Origin: a candidate division FCPU426 bacterium
Lineage (GTDB): Bacteria > Oederibacteriota > Muellerivitia > Muellerivitales > Muellerivitaceae
Direction of reading: 5' to 3'
DNA: 64,000 nt
NCBI GenBank assembly: GCA_963771075.1
Contig: CAVYSE010000023.1
Location: forward strand, 1 to 64,000
In this document: positions 17,920 through 28,035 of the stretch, one piece after another
Numbering within the stretch: position 1 is the stretch's first letter
Layout: each line of letters starts with the position of its first letter
Notes under the pieces: generated by a model
Database searches by the model: none
Seen by the model: the letters and a program-made list of their open reading frames with translations, nothing else
Told to the model about the DNA's origin: nothing
Translations under genes and position numbers: made by a program

Positions 17920-19719
17920 ATGGCACAAGAGAAGAAGATCTCGATAAACGATATCCCGGGCAACCCCAATCCAGTGATTGAGATGAACGAGTTCATGGAT
18001 GACCGAGTTATTCTTTACGGCCATCCCGGCCTTTGTAAGACTACCGGTGAACTGCTCTCCAGTGATGGTTTCCGTTTGGTACTTGAACATTTTTTGGACC
18101 AGTTATCCAAAAAGAATTCACCGGTTCTCTCATGCATCCAAGCTTTTAAGCTTAAAGAGGGGTATGACGTTCCCAAACTGGCAGGGTTTTTTAAGACCCT
18201 GCTCGATGACCAGATATCCGAGGCCGCTTTGGCGAATGTGGACCGGGTTGTTTTAAAGGATTTTTTGGAGGAACTCTACACCTATTGGCGCCGGCGGGAA
18301 CGTTTCGTGATCTATGACCGGGACGAAAAGCATGGAAGCATAGACCTGAAAGATTACCACCAGATTTTTATCGAGGCTAATGAGCAATTCAAATTCCTGG
18401 TGTTGAACACCTACCGAGTCATGAGCGCTCAGGTGATGGGTGATTGGTTCAAGGTTTACCGGCAGATTCCCTCGGGCACGGGAATGTCGCTCCTGGCCGA
18501 AAAAATAAATTGGGACATGCCGGGCGAACAATACCAAAAGCTGAAGAATATACCCTTCATCCGTCTTTCACTGATTTACCCTCCCCTGATTTATTACACC
18601 AAGAGCAACAGCCGCAAAGGTAAGTTCAGCCCCCTTTCCAAGAACCCGCTGGACACCATGGGTCTGGATCCAACCCGCTGGATCTGTTTCCCGGCCAAGA
18701 TTGGCGGGCTCTTCATCCACATTTTTTTCCACAAGAACTTCTTATCCCACGCGGCGGGGCTCTCCAATCTTTTCGAGTTGGCCAGCGCCCAGGAGATCGC
18801 CAACCATAAGCCGGACGGCATCATGCTTTTCGGCGTGGACCCATCCCTGATGAACAACCAACTGGTTGGTTTTTACGAAGATGTCCCGAACGGGGTGATT
18901 GTGGGGGCGGTCGCCTACCACCTGACCGACGTGGATTATTTCGGCTATTTCAAGAAAACGGCCTTGACCCTGCATAACTTGATCATGATCGAACGCGGGA
19001 ACCTGCCCATCCACGGGGCCATGGCCAAGATCGACCTGAAATCGGGGAAAAGCGCCCATGTAGTGATTGTGGGGGACTCCGGCGCGGGGAAGTCCGAGTC
19101 GCTGGAAGCTTTCCGCGTGTTGGCCGATCAGTACATCCGCCAATTGACGGTGGTATTTGACGATATGGGATCCCTTTCCATTGATCCCAAGGGGCAGGTA
19201 TCAGCTTTCGGCACGGAGATCGGGGCCTTTGTTCGATTGGACGATCTGCATCCGGGTTATCCTTATACCGAAATCGATCGGGCGGTTTTTATGAATCCCC
19301 ACTTAGGCAACGCGCGGGTTGTCATGCCGATCACCGAGTTCCGCCATGTGATCGCGGGTTATCCGGTCGATCTGTTCCTATACGCGAACAATTACGACGA
19401 TGTTGATGATGAGCATCCCGCCCTGGAGATCATGTCCGACGCCGTGGAAATTGGCGAGGTGTTCGCTAGCGGCGCGCGTTTGGCAAAGGGTACAACCGAT
19501 GAGAAGGGCCTTGTTCACACCTATTTCGCCAATCCTTTCGGCGCCCCCCAAAAGAAGAAAAAACACCAATTCCTGGCGGACAAGTACATCGGGCAATTGC
19601 TGAAGAACGGCAAAAAGGTGGGTCAGCTCCGGACCCGGTTGGGGATTCACGGGTTTGAAACCAAGGGTCCCGAGGAAGCCGCACAGGCCCTTTTCCAGTA
19701 CATTACTAACAATCTCTAA
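17920..19719 (+). CDS. Atypical PEP carboxykinase-superfamily protein
   Basis: YFGYFKK, PIHGA, P-loop GDSGAGKSE, VFDDMG, GTEIGAF, NAR motifs in the same order as ATP-PEPCK catalytic motifs; N-terminal half unrecognisable. Confidence 0.75.
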   Translation: MAQEKKISINDIPGNPNPVIEMNEFMDDRVILYGHPGLCKTTGELLSSDGFRLVLEHFLDQLSKKNSPVLSCIQAFKLKEGYDVPKLAGFFKTLLDDQISEAALANVDRVVLKDFLEELYTYWRRRERFVIYDRDEKHGSIDLKDYHQIFIEANEQFKFLVLNTYRVMSAQVMGDWFKVYRQIPSGTGMSLLAEKINWDMPGEQYQKLKNIPFIRLSLIYPPLIYYTKSNSRKGKFSPLSKNPLDTMGLDPTRWICFPAKIGGLFIHIFFHKNFLSHAAGLSNLFELASAQEIANHKPDGIMLFGVDPSLMNNQLVGFYEDVPNGVIVGAVAYHLTDVDYFGYFKKTALTLHNLIMIERGNLPIHGAMAKIDLKSGKSAHVVIVGDSGAGKSESLEAFRVLADQYIRQLTVVFDDMGSLSIDPKGQVSAFGTEIGAFVRLDDLHPGYPYTEIDRAVFMNPHLGNARVVMPITEFRHVIAGYPVDLFLYANNYDDVDDEHPALEIMSDAVEIGEVFASGARLAKGTTDEKGLVHTYFANPFGAPQKKKKHQFLADKYIGQLLKNGKKVGQLRTRLGIHGFETKGPEEAAQALFQYITNNL

Positions 19720-19813
19720 GAGCCACAATCATCGAACCCGTAGAGGCTGTTCGCGTAAGTTGGAATTGTGTCCACCTTAACCTGATTATTTCTAACTTTA
19801 AGGGGAGGTCATC

Positions 19814-21223
19814 ATGGAATTTCGTATTGAGCATGATTCCATCGGCGAGTTAAGGGTTCCTGGGGATGCGCTCTGGGGGGTGCAGGCCCAAAGGGCGGTC
19901 GAAAATTTCCCTATCAGCGGGATCAAACCCCACCCGGTGTTTATCGAAGCCACGGTTCACATCAAAAAAGCCGCGGCTCGTTTCCATGGTAAGGTCGGCA
20001 TGCTGGACAAGAAAAAGGCCGCCGCCATCGTAAAGGCCGCCGATGAGATTTTGAATAAGGGAAAATGGCTTGACCATTTCGTGGTTGATGTCTACCAGGC
20101 CGGAGCCGGCACCAGCCACAACATGAATACCAATGAGGTTTTGGCCAACCGCGCAATCGAGATCCTGAAGGGCAAGCGAGGCGACTACAAACTCATCCAT
20201 CCCAACGACCATGTGAACATGGGCCAATCCACGAACGACGTGATCCCCACGGCCATCCGCTTGTCAGGTCTACTCCTGACGAGGTCTTTTCTTCCGGTCC
20301 TGAAAAAACTAGCATTGACCTTCCGAAAAAAAGGAAAAGAATTCAGATTCGTTTACAAATCGGGTCGTACCCATCTTCAAGATGCGGCGATCATGACCCT
20401 GGGACAAGAATTCAACGCTTACGGGGAGAATCTGGAGCGTCATGCGAAACGGGTTGAGCGGGCCTCGGAAGATTTGTGTGAATTGGGCATTGGCGGATCG
20501 GCTGTCGGGACGGGCCTGAATACCCATAAGGATTACTGCGCGGACATGGCCAAGCTCCTGTCCGAACAAACGGGGTTAAGACTTAAGCCCCATCCCGATC
20601 TCTTTGAGGCTATGCAAAGTTTGTCCCCGGCAGTCTCCCTATCAAATGCCTACCGGAGTTTGGCCCTGGACCTCATCCGCATCGCCAACGATTTTCGCCT
20701 GATGACCAGCGGACCCGCCACGGGTTTTGGGGAAATCACCTTGCCGATCATGCAGCCCGGCTCCTCCATCATGCCCGGAAAGGTGAACCCCGTCATGGCG
20801 GAATGCCTCAATATGGTCTGCTACCAGGTGTTGGGCCATGACACCACCGTGGCTTTCGCGGCCCAGGCGGGCCAGATGGAACTTAATGTCATGATGCCTG
20901 TTTTAGCCTATAACCTGAACCAGGAAATCCTTTTGATGACAAATATGCTCAAAGCCTTTGATGAAAAGTGCGTTTCCGGCGTCCGGGCGGAAGAGGGACG
21001 CTGCCGCCAATACGCGGACCAGAGCAGTCAGGTGGCGGCGGCTTTGAACCCTGTGATCGGTTATGAGAAGGCGGCGGAAGTGGTCAAGGCTTCCTTAAAA
21101 GAGGGCAAAACGGTGAAACAGGTGGTCCTCGAGAAGAACCTTTTAAGCGAAGCACAATACCAACAATCAGTGCGGTTGGAAAAGCTGGTGGACCCCCACG
21201 GGCGGATGTCCAAGAAGAAATAA
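19814..21223 (+). CDS. Aspartate ammonia-lyase / class II fumarase family enzyme (AspA-like)
   Basis: QAGAGTSHNMN, HPNDHVNMGQSTND, GRTHLQDA, GSSIMPGKVNP; GAGTS and QSTND favour aspartase over FumC. Confidence 0.88.
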   Translation: MEFRIEHDSIGELRVPGDALWGVQAQRAVENFPISGIKPHPVFIEATVHIKKAAARFHGKVGMLDKKKAAAIVKAADEILNKGKWLDHFVVDVYQAGAGTSHNMNTNEVLANRAIEILKGKRGDYKLIHPNDHVNMGQSTNDVIPTAIRLSGLLLTRSFLPVLKKLALTFRKKGKEFRFVYKSGRTHLQDAAIMTLGQEFNAYGENLERHAKRVERASEDLCELGIGGSAVGTGLNTHKDYCADMAKLLSEQTGLRLKPHPDLFEAMQSLSPAVSLSNAYRSLALDLIRIANDFRLMTSGPATGFGEITLPIMQPGSSIMPGKVNPVMAECLNMVCYQVLGHDTTVAFAAQAGQMELNVMMPVLAYNLNQEILLMTNMLKAFDEKCVSGVRAEEGRCRQYADQSSQVAAALNPVIGYEKAAEVVKASLKEGKTVKQVVLEKNLLSEAQYQQSVRLEKLVDPHGRMSKKK

Positions 21224-21283
21224 GAATGGGCCATCGGAAAGAGAAAACTCCTCTAAAATCAGCAGGTTTTGGCCCGCTTTTTC

Positions 21284-21311
21284 TTGACAGGGGGGTTTCG
21301 AAACGTAAAAT
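21284..21311 (+). promoter_or_regulatory. sigma70-type promoter for tRNA-Thr(GGU)-tuf
   Basis: TTGACA-16bp-TAAAAT. Confidence 0.75.
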
Positions 21312-21333
21312 ACATCCTCTTGCAATTACCCCC

Positions 21334-21409
<76 letters not shown>

Positions 21410-21457
21410 TGTATAGAAGGTAGACTAGTCTCAAACCTATTGATTTGGAGGAAGACG

Positions 21458-22648
21458 ATGTCGAAGGAAAAATTCGTACGCTCAAAGCCGCATGTGAATA
21501 TCGGGACGATCGGACATGTGGACCACGGCAAGACCACTTTGACGGCGGCGATCACGACCGTACTGGCCAAGAAGGGATTGGCGACGGCGAAGGGATATGC
21601 GGACATCGACAACGCGCCCGAGGAGAGGGAACGCGGGGTGACGATCAATACGAGCCACGTGGAGTACCAGTCGGACAAGCGGCATTACGCGCATGTGGAC
21701 TGCCCGGGTCACGCGGACTATATCAAGAACATGGTGACGGGTGCGGCGCAGATGGACGGAGCGATTCTGGTGGTGTCGGCGGCCGACGGCCCCATGCCCC
21801 AAACGCGGGAACACATTCTTTTGGCCCGCCAGGTCGGTGTGCCTTACATCGTGGTGTTTTTGAACAAGTGTGACATGGTCGATGACAAGGAACTGCTGGA
21901 ACTGGTGGAGGAGGAAGTGCGGGACCTCTTGACCAAGTACGGATTTCCCGGAGACAAGACGCCGATTATCAAAGGATCAGCGACGAAGGCCCTGGAAGGG
22001 GATACTAGCGAGATCGGGGAAAAGGCCATCCTACAACTGGTGGAAGCGGTGGACAGCTACGTACCCGAGCCGAAGCGGGATATCGACAAGGATTTCCTGA
22101 TGGCGGTGGAGGACGTGTTCCTGATCACGGGCCGAGGTACGGTGGCAACGGGCCGTGTGGAGCGTGGGAAGGTGAAGGTGGGGGACACGGTTGAAATCGT
22201 GGGGATCAAGCCGACGCGGGAAACGGTGGTGACGGGCGTTGAAATGTTCCGGAAACTGCTGGACGATGCGCAGGCAGGAGACAACATTGGAGCCCTGTTG
22301 AGGGGCGTGGAAAAGAAGGACATCGAGCGCGGGCAGGTATTGGCGAAGCCCAAATCGATCACGCCGCACAAGAAGTTTAAGGGGGAAGTGTACGTGTTGA
22401 CGAAGGAAGAGGGCGGCCGGCACACGCCGTTTTTCAATGGATACAAGCCGCAATTCTTCTTCCGGACGACGGACGTGACGGGAAGCGTGCAGTTGCCTTC
22501 GGGGACGGAGATGTGCATGCCGGGGGACAACATCACGATGGATATCGAGTTGATTGTGCCGGTGGCGATGGAGAAGGAACTGCGGTTCGCCATTCGGGAA
22601 GGCGGACATACCGTGGGCGCCGGAGTGGTCACGGAAATCATCGAATAG
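21458..22648 (+). CDS. tuf: Elongation factor Tu
   Basis: [54 protein letters not shown]. Confidence 0.99.
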   Translation: MSKEKFVRSKPHVNIGTIGHVDHGKTTLTAAITTVLAKKGLATAKGYADIDNAPEERERGVTINTSHVEYQSDKRHYAHVDCPGHADYIKNMVTGAAQMDGAILVVSAADGPMPQTREHILLARQVGVPYIVVFLNKCDMVDDKELLELVEEEVRDLLTKYGFPGDKTPIIKGSATKALEGDTSEIGEKAILQLVEAVDSYVPEPKRDIDKDFLMAVEDVFLITGRGTVATGRVERGKVKVGDTVEIVGIKPTRETVVTGVEMFRKLLDDAQAGDNIGALLRGVEKKDIERGQVLAKPKSITPHKKFKGEVYVLTKEEGGRHTPFFNGYKPQFFFRTTDVTGSVQLPSGTEMCMPGDNITMDIELIVPVAMEKELRFAIREGGHTVGAGVVTEIIE

Positions 22649-22674
22649 AACAGTCATCGAAGGAATAAAGTCTC

Positions 22675-22824
22675 ATGCGTGAACAAATAACGTTGGCCTG
22701 TTCCGAGTGCAAGCGCCGCAATTACGACAAAACGCGCGACAAACGGAAAAAGCCGAACAAAATCGAGATCAAGAAATATTGCCGGTGGTGCCGCAAGCAC
22801 ACATTGCATAAGGAAACTAAGTAG
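22675..22824 (+). CDS. rpmG: 50S ribosomal protein L33 (Zn-binding form); absent from the supplied ORF track
   Basis: Manual translation MREQITLACSECKRRNYDKTRDKRKKPNKIEIKKYCRWCRKHTLHKETK. Confidence 0.96.
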   Translation: MREQITLACSECKRRNYDKTRDKRKKPNKIEIKKYCRWCRKHTLHKETK

Positions 22825-22833
22825 GGTAATTCC

Positions 22834-22862
22834 GGGGCCCGCCGATAGGGCGGGTTCCTTTT
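22834..22862 (+). terminator. Terminator-like hairpin between rpmG and tRNA-Trp
   Basis: ggggcccgcc-gatag-ggcgggttcc-tttt. Confidence 0.55.
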
Positions 22863-22864
22863 GA

Positions 22865-22940
22865 AGGGCAGTAGCTCTAATGGTAGAGCGGCGGTCTCCA
22901 AAACCGCGCGTTGCAGGTTCGAATCCTGCCTGCCCTGCCA
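22865..22940 (+). tRNA. tRNA-Trp(CCA)
   Basis: Acceptor AGGGCAG/CTGCCCT, anticodon GCGGT-CT CCA AA-ACCGC, GGTTCGAATCC, CCA. Confidence 0.96.
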
Positions 22941-22969
22941 TCCGGATGACCGAAGGGTTTGGGGTTCGA

Positions 22970-23155
22970 ATGATTGAACAACTGAAGCAGTTTTTTTCCG
23001 AGGCCAAGTCGGAATTCAAGAAGATATCCTGGCCTTCCCGGGAGGATATCAAGGGGTCGACCACGGTCGTGTGCGTCACCATTTTCTTCCTGATGATATT
23101 GCTGGCCACTTACGACTTGATCATTCAAAGCCTGGTTAAACTCATCATTAAGTAA
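22970..23155 (+). CDS. secE: Preprotein translocase subunit SecE (single TM)
   Basis: FFSEAKSEFKKISWPSR motif then TM; between tRNA-Trp and nusG. Confidence 0.94.
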   Translation: MIEQLKQFFSEAKSEFKKISWPSREDIKGSTTVVCVTIFFLMILLATYDLIIQSLVKLIIK

Positions 23156-23179
23156 CTGAAAAGAGAGGATTTAAGCCGC

Positions 23180-23710
23180 ATGTCCAAACGCTGGTACGTC
23201 ATCAACACCTATTCGGGCTACGAGGCCAAAGTAAAAACCAACCTCGAGAACCGGATTAAAAGTATGAACATGGAAGACAAGATCTTCCAGATCCTGATCC
23301 CTTCCGAAGAGGTTACCGAGACCCGGAACGGAAAGAAAAGGGTGACGAACAAGAAATTTTTCCCGGGCTACATCCTGGTAGAAATGGACATGGACGAGAA
23401 TTCTTGGTCAGTGGTGCGCAATACGCCCAAGGTGACCAGTTTCGTGGGATCGGGCAATACCCCCATTCCCCTGCCGGACGAGGAAGTCACGGCGATCCTG
23501 GAGCATATCGGCAAGCGACGTGAGCGCCGGGCGTTGAAGAGCCAGTTCGAAAAGGGTGATTTGGTAAAGGTCATGGACGGACCCTTCTCGAATTTCTCGG
23601 GTTCGGTCGAGGATATCAATCCCGAACGGGAGCGCGTGAAGGTTATGGTGACCATATTTGGCCGCCAAACCCCAGTCGAGTTGGAATATCACCAAATCGA
23701 GAAAGAGTAA
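23180..23710 (+). CDS. nusG: Transcription factor NusG
   Basis: WYVINTYSGYE, FFPGYILVEM, KOW domain DGPFSNFSG..IFGRQTPVEL. Confidence 0.98.
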   Translation: MSKRWYVINTYSGYEAKVKTNLENRIKSMNMEDKIFQILIPSEEVTETRNGKKRVTNKKFFPGYILVEMDMDENSWSVVRNTPKVTSFVGSGNTPIPLPDEEVTAILEHIGKRRERRALKSQFEKGDLVKVMDGPFSNFSGSVEDINPERERVKVMVTIFGRQTPVELEYHQIEKE

Positions 23711-23765
23711 TACACTAACCCCTGTTGCCCGAAAGGGTCAGGCCAGAAAGTAGAAGGAAACAGGA

Positions 23766-24191
23766 ATGGCAAAAGAATTGACGGCGATGGTGAAGCTTCA
23801 GATTCCAGCGGGTAAAGCGAACCCGGCCCCCCCGGTGGGTCCCGCCCTAGGCCAGCATGGCGTGAATATCATGGAATTCTGCAAGCAATTTAATGCGGCG
23901 ACCCAAAAGCAGGACGGTTTGATCATCCCGGTGGTCATTTCCATTTTCAAAGACCGCTCCTTCACTTTCATCACCAAGACCCCGCCAGCTTCCGTCCTCC
24001 TCTTGAAAGCCGCTGGATTGGCCAAGGGCTCTCCGGTACCAAATAAGCAAAAAGTTGCCAAAGTTACCCTAAAGCAGGTCGAGGAAATCGCCAAGACGAA
24101 GATGCCGGATTTGAACGCGCAAAAGTTGGATTCCGCCATGCGCATGGTGGAAGGCACGGCCCGCAGCATGGGCATCGAGATCACGAAATAG
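23766..24191 (+). CDS. rplK: 50S ribosomal protein L11
   Basis: [39 protein letters not shown]. Confidence 0.99.
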   Translation: MAKELTAMVKLQIPAGKANPAPPVGPALGQHGVNIMEFCKQFNAATQKQDGLIIPVVISIFKDRSFTFITKTPPASVLLLKAAGLAKGSPVPNKQKVAKVTLKQVEEIAKTKMPDLNAQKLDSAMRMVEGTARSMGIEITK

Positions 24192-24192
24192 A

Positions 24193-24267
24193 AGTCGACG
24201 GTCAACAGCCAACGGTCGGCCAGTAAGTCTTTAAACCTGTAGACGGCGAACAGTCGACTGTGGACTG
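24193..24267. repeat. Degenerate heptamer-based inverted repeat
   Basis: gtcgacg gtcaaca gccaacg gtcggcc ... ctgtaga cggcgaa cagtcga ctgtgga ctg. Confidence 0.5.
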
Positions 24268-24278
24268 AATTTATTAAC

Positions 24279-24318
24279 TGTGGGAGCTCCATCCTAGTGG
24301 TGGGGCGCTTGAACCACG
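24279..24318 (+). promoter_or_regulatory. L1-binding autoregulatory RNA abutting the rplA RBS
   Basis: GTGGGAG...GAACCAC with inner stem gctccatc/ggtggggc, resembling the 23S rRNA L1 site. Confidence 0.7.
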
Positions 24319-24329
24319 GGAGGCATCAG

Positions 24330-25046
24330 ATGGCGAAGAAAGCAAGCAAGCGAGTCCGTAAGAACAATGAGTTGATCGATAAGGCCAAGGCCTTCCCCCT
24401 GGGGGAGGCGGTCTCACTCCTTAAGAAAACCGCTCCCGCCAAATTTAATGAGACGGTTGAGCTCCATATCATGCTGGGTGTTGACCCCAAAAAAGCCGAC
24501 CAACAGGTGCGCGGTACGGTGAGCCTTCCCCACGGTACGGGTAAGACACTGCGTGTGGCGGTTTTGGCGAAGGGTGAGAAGGTAAAAGAAGCGGAGGCGG
24601 CAGGCGCTGATTTCGCCGGGGACGCTGACCTTGTGGAAAAGATCGCGGGTGGATTCCTGGATTTCGACGTACTCGTGGCCACGCCCGATATCATGCGCGA
24701 GGCGGGTAAGCTGGGTAAGGTCCTGGGACCGAAAGGCCTCATGCCCAATCCCAAGGCGGGAACCGTCACCGCGGATGTGGGCCGGGCCGTCAAAGAAATC
24801 AAGGCCGGTAAGATCGAGTACCGCGTGGACGACCAGGGTATTTGCCACGCTGGCATCGGCAAGATCAAGTTCGAGGAAAACCAAATCAAGGAAAATGCGG
24901 ACATGTTATTCCGTACACTGGTGGCGGCAAAGCCTGCCGCGTCAAAAGGAACCTATTTGGTCTCCGCTTACCTGAGCTCCAGCATGGGGCCCGGCATCAA
25001 GGTGGACCCGTCGGAATTCATGAAGCAGGCCTCTAAGAACGCGTAG
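24330..25046 (+). CDS. rplA: 50S ribosomal protein L1
   Basis: [52 protein letters not shown]. Confidence 0.99.
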   Translation: MAKKASKRVRKNNELIDKAKAFPLGEAVSLLKKTAPAKFNETVELHIMLGVDPKKADQQVRGTVSLPHGTGKTLRVAVLAKGEKVKEAEAAGADFAGDADLVEKIAGGFLDFDVLVATPDIMREAGKLGKVLGPKGLMPNPKAGTVTADVGRAVKEIKAGKIEYRVDDQGICHAGIGKIKFEENQIKENADMLFRTLVAAKPAASKGTYLVSAYLSSSMGPGIKVDPSEFMKQASKNA

Positions 25047-25156
25047 AAATTTATGTTCCCCTCGCGAGGGGGGCAGATGAAGTAAATGGAGCCTGGGGAT
25101 AAAAACCCGGGCAAGCGAAACCGGGGAAGCGTTAAAAAAAGCTTCAACGGTGAGTT

Positions 25157-25303
25157 GACCATCGGAGACAGCAGGCGTCCTGAAAAAGCGTAAGTTGTAT
25201 TCAGGGCTTAATAAAAGGCCTGCCGAGACGGTCCGGAAAACTGAGGCTTAAGGATCAACCCTTACCCCTCGTCCGGTCGTTTCGGGCGAGGGGTTTTCTT
25301 TTT
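25157..25303 (+). ncRNA. L10 leader RNA with intrinsic attenuator
   Basis: GAGACAGCAGG...TTAAT...CCTGCCGAG core, followed by hairpin acccctcgtccg/cgggcgaggggt and a U-tract. Confidence 0.8.
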
Positions 25304-25336
25304 CCCCAAGTCCCGTCGATAAATATCCCACGAAGG

Positions 25337-25894
25337 GTGGTGAAACATTTGACTGAAATGAAGAAACGAGAACCCCGTCCAGAGAAAGTGAAGGTGGTGC
25401 AAGATTTCCTGGAGAGGGTTCAAAAATCCAAGTCGGCGCTTATTACCGGCTATTCGGGTTTAACCGTGGAGGAAGTAACCCAATTGCGGGCCCAGCTTTT
25501 CCACGCCAAGGTCGAATACCACGTGGTGAAGAACAACTTGGCGCGGCTGGCTCTCAACCAGGCCAACATCACCGTTTTGGACGACCTCCTGGTCGGCCCA
25601 ACGGCCATCGCCTTGGCGATGGACGACGCGGTGGCCCCGGCCCGGGTGTTGAGCAAGTTCGGGAAGGACCACGACAAACTGGTGCTCCGGGGGGGCTGGA
25701 TGGATGGCCGCAAGATCACCGTTCAGGACATCAAGGCCTTGGCTAACTTGCCAAGCCGGGAAGTTCTTTTGGCGAAAGCTTTGGGCAGCATGAAATCGCC
25801 CATTACGGGCATTGTCCGAGTGCTGGCGGGTCCAATGAACAAGCTGGTGTACGCCCTCAATGCCGTCAAGGAAGCCAAGGCCAAGACCGCCTAG
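25337..25894 (+). CDS. rplJ: 50S ribosomal protein L10 (start uncertain, 25337-25358)
   Basis: YSGLTV, VVKNNLARLA, GPTAIA, LANLPSREVLLA. Confidence 0.96.
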   Translation: MVKHLTEMKKREPRPEKVKVVQDFLERVQKSKSALITGYSGLTVEEVTQLRAQLFHAKVEYHVVKNNLARLALNQANITVLDDLLVGPTAIALAMDDAVAPARVLSKFGKDHDKLVLRGGWMDGRKITVQDIKALANLPSREVLLAKALGSMKSPITGIVRVLAGPMNKLVYALNAVKEAKAKTA

Positions 25895-25958
25895 GTTTCG
25901 TTACTCACATCTCCCCCTTGGGGGATACAAACGAATTTGATAACGGAGGAAGTTTGAA

Positions 25959-26339
25959 ATGGCTACTTTAACGAAGGATGAGTTCATCGCCGCCATTGAG
26001 CAGATGAGCGTGTTGGAATTAAGCGAGTTGGTAAAGGCCCTCGAGACCAAGTTCGGCGTCTCGGCCGCCGCCCCCGTGGCGGTCGCCGCCGCCGGAGCAG
26101 GTGCGGGCGCCGCCGCCGCCGAGGAAAAGACCGCTTTTGACGTGATCCTGAAGGCCGCTGGAGCCAACAAGATCGGTGTCATCAAGGTCGTGCGCGAGAT
26201 CACCGGATTGGGCTTGAAGGAAGCAAAGGATCTGGTGGATGGCGCTCCCAAACCCGTGAAGTCCGGCATCTCCAAGGCCGAAGCCGACGGCATTGTCGCC
26301 AAGTTCAAGGAGAGCGGAGCCGAGTTGGAAGTGAAGTAA
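25959..26339 (+). CDS. rplL: 50S ribosomal protein L7/L12
   Basis: [46 protein letters not shown]. Confidence 0.99.
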   Translation: MATLTKDEFIAAIEQMSVLELSELVKALETKFGVSAAAPVAVAAAGAGAGAAAAEEKTAFDVILKAAGANKIGVIKVVREITGLGLKEAKDLVDGAPKPVKSGISKAEADGIVAKFKESGAELEVK

Positions 26340-26352
26340 ACATTCGGTTCCG

Positions 26353-26390
26353 AAGCCCCTTTCCCTGGCGGGAAGGGGCTTTTTTATTTT
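26353..26390 (+). terminator. Rho-independent terminator after rplL
   Basis: aagcccctttccc-tggc-gggaaggggctt-ttttatttt. Confidence 0.88.
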
Positions 26391-26421
26391 GAGTCCTAGG
26401 AAAGGTGGTTAAAATGCCGGT

Positions 26422-28035
26422 ATGGACAACCTCCCGGCGCCTGCCCTGACCCCTCATCCTCCATCCTCCCAGGTGATCTCACAGGTTTCCCTCTGGCGGA
26501 TCCTGTTTGTATTGGCCGCCGCCCTTTTAGGCTTTTTCGCTCGGGCCGAATACGTGGTCACGGGTTTTCAGTCCTTGACTAGCGACGAGGTTTGGTATTA
26601 TCACGATGTCCATTTCTTATCCCAGCCGAAAACGAGATGCTTTCCAACCTGATTTACTGTCCATCCCAAATGAACAAATAGGTTCTCGACGGTGGATCAT
26701 CCAAGCCTGCTACTTGCTTTCCGGCCGAAACCTGAATTTACTCCCCTTCTTTGTGTGCCTCATTAACGTACTGCTTTACCTGTTTTGGGCCTATGTGCTT
26801 GTCCGCCGAACTGGGTGCTGGGTGGCGGGTATTCCCCTATTGGCCTTTCTGGCTCTGCCCCCGCCCTGCCTTCAATACTTCGGCACCCAGATCTCGGAAA
26901 CACGCTCCTTTTACTGGTTCGGGGCCTTACTGGTGCTTTTTGCAGGCTTTTGGATGAAAGATTTTCTCTGGGCTTTGATTTTCGGTTTTCTCGCCGCTTG
27001 GGCTTGTTTGGAAGACCCTTTTTCCGCTTTTTTCCTACTTCCCGTCTTGGGGTTCGAAGATGTTGCCCTGGAAAGGTTGCGTCTTGGAAATGATCTGGAC
27101 CCGCCTGCCAGGCCTTTTCCTGGGGGCGGTTTCTGCCTTCATATTTTTTTCTGGGGATCTACCCTGGGCCGCCCTTTATCGCAGTGGATACGTGAATCCC
27201 TCTCTGGGATCCTGGACCCAGATCCAACAGCACGCCGTCCTCCTCTTGCAGGCCTGGCCCCAGTATTGGTTTGGTCGTCTGCCCTGGGGATACCTGCAAA
27301 ACTCAACCCTGGGCCGTTTGCTGAATCCCCCCGTTCTTCCCATTCCTGATGGGGCCATCGGCCTTGCCTTTGGTGTCCTATTGGCCCTCACCCTGGCGGT
27401 GGCTCTCAAGGCCATCTTGGGAAAATTGGATGATAAGGAAATGTTACTCTGGTTTCTTCCGCCGGTCTTCTTCTTGGCTTTTTTTATCTTTGGCAACCAG
27501 GCCTGGGACGCCTTGACCCTCCGTTACATCGGCTTTTGGCAGTACTTTATCCCATCCTGCTGGGGCTAGCGGCCACCCAGGTCGGAAAGGGCGATCCACG
27601 AGGCTCTTGGGTCTGGATCCTGGGGCTATGGCTGCGGTTCAAGCCCTGTTCCTGGCCGCCCAGTGGATGGAGCCCGAAAGGCCGAACCCGGGCCGGGTTT
27701 TGGCTGAAAGGGTAGAACAGGCGGGATATCACGCCGGTTACTGCAATTATTGGGCTTCCGAGCTCATCCGGTATTATTCCCAGGACCGGGTTCTCATGGC
27801 GCCTTATAACCATCTGCCCATCAGCCGAAGGGTCACGGAAAAGGTGCAAACCAGCCCCAAAATCGCCTTGGTCTGGGTGGAAGGGTTGGACCATCCGGAC
27901 AGGTTTCCTTTGGTGATAAATCAATTGGTCCTCATGGGATACCGTCCCTCGCAAAAAATTGAGTTTAAGCGGGAAGGATGGTCGATCCTAGGCTGGGAAA
28001 TACGGCCTTCCAAACTGTCCAAGGGTCGGTTGTGA
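26422..28035 (+). pseudogene. Polytopic membrane protein (GT-C/ArnT-like) split into four consecutive frames; pseudogene or sequencing indels
   Basis: ORFs 26422-26652, 26606-27349, 27060-27569 and 27607-28035 join into one hydrophobic protein; LTSDE motif after first TM, TLRY and YCNYWASE motifs later. Confidence 0.6.

Noticed and set aside
17382..17947. Short ORFs at 17382-17624 and 17633-17947
   Set aside because: They overlap tRNA-Tyr, a terminator and tRNA-Gly and have no protein-like motifs
12754..21333. Prophage or integrative element inserted at a tRNA
   Set aside because: No integrase, phage or conjugation genes and no duplicated tRNA 3' end at the boundaries; cargo is metabolic
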